Virus record (IMG/VR): IMGVR_UViG_3300033148_004867
Span: 1 to 49,043 of that record
DNA length: 49,043 nucleotides
Source of the DNA: a virus
Taxonomy: Duplodnaviria; Caudoviricetes
Reading direction: 5' to 3' (one strand)
This document shows positions 46,641 to 49,043 of this stretch, one piece after another. A program made the position numbers and the translations under genes. Every line of letters starts with the position of its first letter. The first letter of the stretch is position 1. The notes beneath the pieces are model-generated. The model had not been told where the DNA came from. It searched no databases and worked only from the letters and a program-made list of their open reading frames with translations.

Positions 46641-46789
46641 TATTTTTTGTCCTTTAATTTTTTCATTTCCTTGTCAAATGTTTTCCGGTCAATCTTACCA
46701 TACGCTAAATCGTGCCGTAAAGCATATTCTTCATACGATACTAAGCAAGGCCTACGTCTATCACCTTTTCCAGCTTCAGATTGACTCAT
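46640..46789 (-). CDS. 49-aa hypothetical protein (MSQSEAGKGDRRRP...)
   Basis: Translated by hand; TAG overlaps the next GTG start. Confidence 0.6.
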   Translation of the reverse strand: MSQSEAGKGDRRRPCLVSYEEYALRHDLAYGKIDRKTFDKEMKKLKDKK

Positions 46790-46806
46790 TTCTCACCCTA
46801 TCGAGC

Positions 46807-47505
46807 TCAGTTTGTAAACCTACTTTTGTGGTACCTCTCTTTTATCCCACAGGGCATGATGAAATGTTGCGGGATGCCATCCAGAACTACAGCAGCAGAC
46901 AGCATTGGCCTTTTTCTGGCATTCCTGCCATAGGCGAAATTGAAAGCATCTACATCAATTAAACAGCCCGTGTCTAATCCAAATGTCCTACGTAGGGGGT
47001 TAGAAATCCATTTTATACCAGAGGCAGAGTGGCAATGTCCCATAACTGTGGACATCAACATATCTTTCATCACATTGAAAGCTGGATTGATGCCAGAACG
47101 TCCAGTGCCATGCCAATAATAAACATCATCAATAATAAAATCATTCGCCCAAGTCCAGCCAGGCGTATTCCATACATCAGAATAATTTCTTAAATACTGA
47201 GGTGGAATATTTACTGATTCGGCCAACCGGATAACTCTGATATCGTGGTTGCCGAGACAAACTTTCATTTTTGGGAAGGCTCGTCGCCATTTTTGAATAG
47301 CCCGTTTTGCAAGATGATATTCATCAAGTGCCCCGGCACACTGAGGGTTGTTTGCGTGAAAACTTATTGCTTGCATATCTACAATATCGCCGATACACAC
47401 TATTTCATTACACTTAAATTTATTACGCAAATCTCGGCAAAACGCCAAAGCTCCGGGGTGGGCTACTGGATTATGCAAATCTGGAATTATAAGCACTTTT
47501 GACAT
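46807..47505 (-). CDS. Calcineurin-like metallophosphoesterase
   Basis: PDLH, GDIVD, GNHD, HG, GHCH. Confidence 0.9.
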   Translation of the reverse strand: MSKVLIIPDLHNPVAHPGALAFCRDLRNKFKCNEIVCIGDIVDMQAISFHANNPQCAGALDEYHLAKRAIQKWRRAFPKMKVCLGNHDIRVIRLAESVNIPPQYLRNYSDVWNTPGWTWANDFIIDDVYYWHGTGRSGINPAFNVMKDMLMSTVMGHCHSASGIKWISNPLRRTFGLDTGCLIDVDAFNFAYGRNARKRPMLSAAVVLDGIPQHFIMPCGIKERYHKSRFTN

Positions 47506-47756
47506 TATTCTATATCTCCACTGGTAATAATTTTTTTATCCTCATAAGGGCCAAGTATTCTACGCTCTATTTCCGTGGCACATTGTCTTAATTCACCACA
47601 ATAATTTTTTATGCTGTTGTAAGACTTGCTGACGTGTCGCTTGAAAAATGCAAATAAAATGTAATTTAGGTCGCCATCAGCCTCTACACATTCATTGTAC
47701 ATACACTCTACAATCGGGTCTAATTCTTTCCTCCGTTTTTGTTTTATATAGGGCAT
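47505..47756 (-). CDS. Small helical phage protein (MPYIK..G.LNY type)
   Basis: GGAGG RBS; MPYIK, GDLNY, E..RR...PYED.KI...GD. Confidence 0.65.
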   Translation of the reverse strand: MPYIKQKRRKELDPIVECMYNECVEADGDLNYILFAFFKRHVSKSYNSIKNYCGELRQCATEIERRILGPYEDKKIITSGDIE

Positions 47757-47769
47757 GCTACCTCCAATA

Positions 47770-48168
47770 TTAAGCTCTAAGAAACTGATGTGTAAGCCAT
47801 GCACTTATTTCATCTATATTACTGAAGATTTGCACTGGTTTTCTTGTTTTTAGTGCGTGATTATACTCAACTAATCGGCCACCTTGTAATTCATCGCCTT
47901 TAGGAACATATACGATAACCCCGTCTTGTTGGTCGATAATTCGGCAATCAACGTCAAGAATCGCTTCTTCTGAAAGATGACCCATACTATAGGCAATTTG
48001 TACAAAAGTTTCATTCTCAGCCGGGACGTATAAATCTAATTTTGGCCCGAACCTCTCTCGAAGTTTATCCGCAATCTGCATTGCTTCTGCACAGTTTGCA
48101 TTCTGAACTTCGAGAGATGCTTTTAATCCGGCCTTACCACGTATGGCGTGTGAAAAGTAGAATTTCAT
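47770..48168 (-). CDS. Nucleoside 2-deoxyribosyltransferase/nucleotide N-glycosidase-like protein
   Basis: FYFSH.IRG, D..II...DGVIV, G...E...A....KPV. Confidence 0.65.
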   Translation of the reverse strand: MKFYFSHAIRGKAGLKASLEVQNANCAEAMQIADKLRERFGPKLDLYVPAENETFVQIAYSMGHLSEEAILDVDCRIIDQQDGVIVYVPKGDELQGGRLVEYNHALKTRKPVQIFSNIDEISAWLTHQFLRA

Positions 48169-48744
48169 TTAGCTATCCTCCTTTAGTAAAGTTAGTTCGT
48201 CAGTAAAAAATGCATAATCATCATTGCCAACTATCACAAGATGTTCATTGCCATCAGGGCCATACTGTTTTTTATATGTTCCTATATTGTTGTTATTTTT
48301 ACAAAGCGTAGCTATGGCAGATGTAGTTTTAACATCATTACGCAATTTGATTTTTACCTTATCCCCAGCCTTAAATTGCTGTACTTTCACTTTTGATGGT
48401 CGCATAGATTTTTTATAATAATGCGGCATGTTATATAAATACCTGTCATCAAATTTTTGATATATTTCTGGGTGGGCCTCAAATGTAATTAAAAAAGCTA
48501 AATTACAAGCCATGTGCCACAAATGGGACTTCCCACTTTCTAAATCATTTTCTTCACCTTTCAACCACGCAGTAAAATGCCGCATGATAGCCCCGATTAT
48601 ACGGCCATATTTTATGCCAGTCCGCCATTCTTGGGCGGCATATTTCTTAGCCCCGAAAGTCAAAATATGGCCTACTGCCTCTATAAATTCGGGTGGTAAT
48701 AAATTTAATTGATTCTTTCCACTATCATGCTTAGTTCCCATCAC
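48169..48744 (-). CDS. dATP/dGTP diphosphohydrolase-like protein (DUF5664) with C-terminal SH3/KOW-like domain
   Basis: KHDSGK..LLP, TFGAKKY...W..G, RH, D.ESG.SHL.H..CN..FL; FKAGDKVKI. Confidence 0.85.
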   Translation of the reverse strand: MMGTKHDSGKNQLNLLPPEFIEAVGHILTFGAKKYAAQEWRTGIKYGRIIGAIMRHFTAWLKGEENDLESGKSHLWHMACNLAFLITFEAHPEIYQKFDDRYLYNMPHYYKKSMRPSKVKVQQFKAGDKVKIKLRNDVKTTSAIATLCKNNNNIGTYKKQYGPDGNEHLVIVGNDDYAFFTDELTLLKEDS

Positions 48745-48941
48745 AACCCCCGCTTAACATAATCGGCTAATTGATTTTTATCTTTTTGCCAGCAACAATG
48801 CTTGTAACGCATCATACTACCACATCGACAAAGTTCATTCCTACCTCGTTTTCTATGTGTTCTTTTAATCGGTTTACGAACAGCCCGTGCTGATTTAATC
48901 CAGCCATTAAGAAATTTTGGAAGGGTAAAATCGAGCTTCAT
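48741..48941 (-). CDS. SEC-C motif protein
   Basis: GRNELCRCGSMMRYKHCC. Confidence 0.75.
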   Translation of the reverse strand: MKLDFTLPKFLNGWIKSARAVRKPIKRTHRKRGRNELCRCGSMMRYKHCCWQKDKNQLADYVKRGL

Positions 48942-49043
48942 TAAAATCTCCTTACGACTTTACTATCTAAATTAGGAGCATATCTTTGCATTATAATCGG
49001 TGAACTGTCAGCAACGCCACGATTTTTATCCTGTAAGGACTTA
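48930..49043. repeat. Terminal direct repeat, copy 2
   Basis: Identical to 1-114. Confidence 0.97.

Noticed and set aside
7566-48712. Numerous short antisense or nested ORFs in the six-frame track
   Set aside because: They are shadows of longer motif-bearing genes on the opposite strand or frame
46807-48744. 2-aminoadenine (Z) genome pathway
   Set aside because: No PurZ-like ORF is recognisable, and apparent GATC avoidance plus adenine MTases argue for ordinary adenine

Overview
This window is an apparently complete, circularly assembled, AT-rich tailed-phage genome of 48,929 bp; bases 48930-49043 duplicate bases 1-114. The layout is podovirus-like. A rightward late arm (~7.2-36.1 kb) carries terminase, portal, scaffold, major capsid, adaptor/nozzle, tail fibre and ejection proteins, one with an ART-like domain. 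A leftward early/replication arm runs from ~5.7 kb through the junction to 36.1 kb and carries small early genes, peptidases, nucleotide-pool enzymes, PolA, a PD-(D/E)xK nuclease, an AAA ATPase, an SSB-like protein and a primase-helicase. A repeat-rich divergent non-coding region (5.7-7.2 kb) separates the arms. I recognised no integrase, RNA polymerase, tape measure, endolysin, tRNA or CRISPR array. A DUF1580-like HTH gene hints at a Planctomycetota host. The two most striking features are (1) a family A DNA polymerase split just before motif A, with two tandem MT-A70 methyltransferase genes overlapping the halves and a nucleotide-pool gene cluster upstream, and (2) a symmetric pair of 144-bp inverted arms carrying four 25-bp palindromic boxes around a 92-bp core. 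All product calls come from motif recognition by eye, not database searches.
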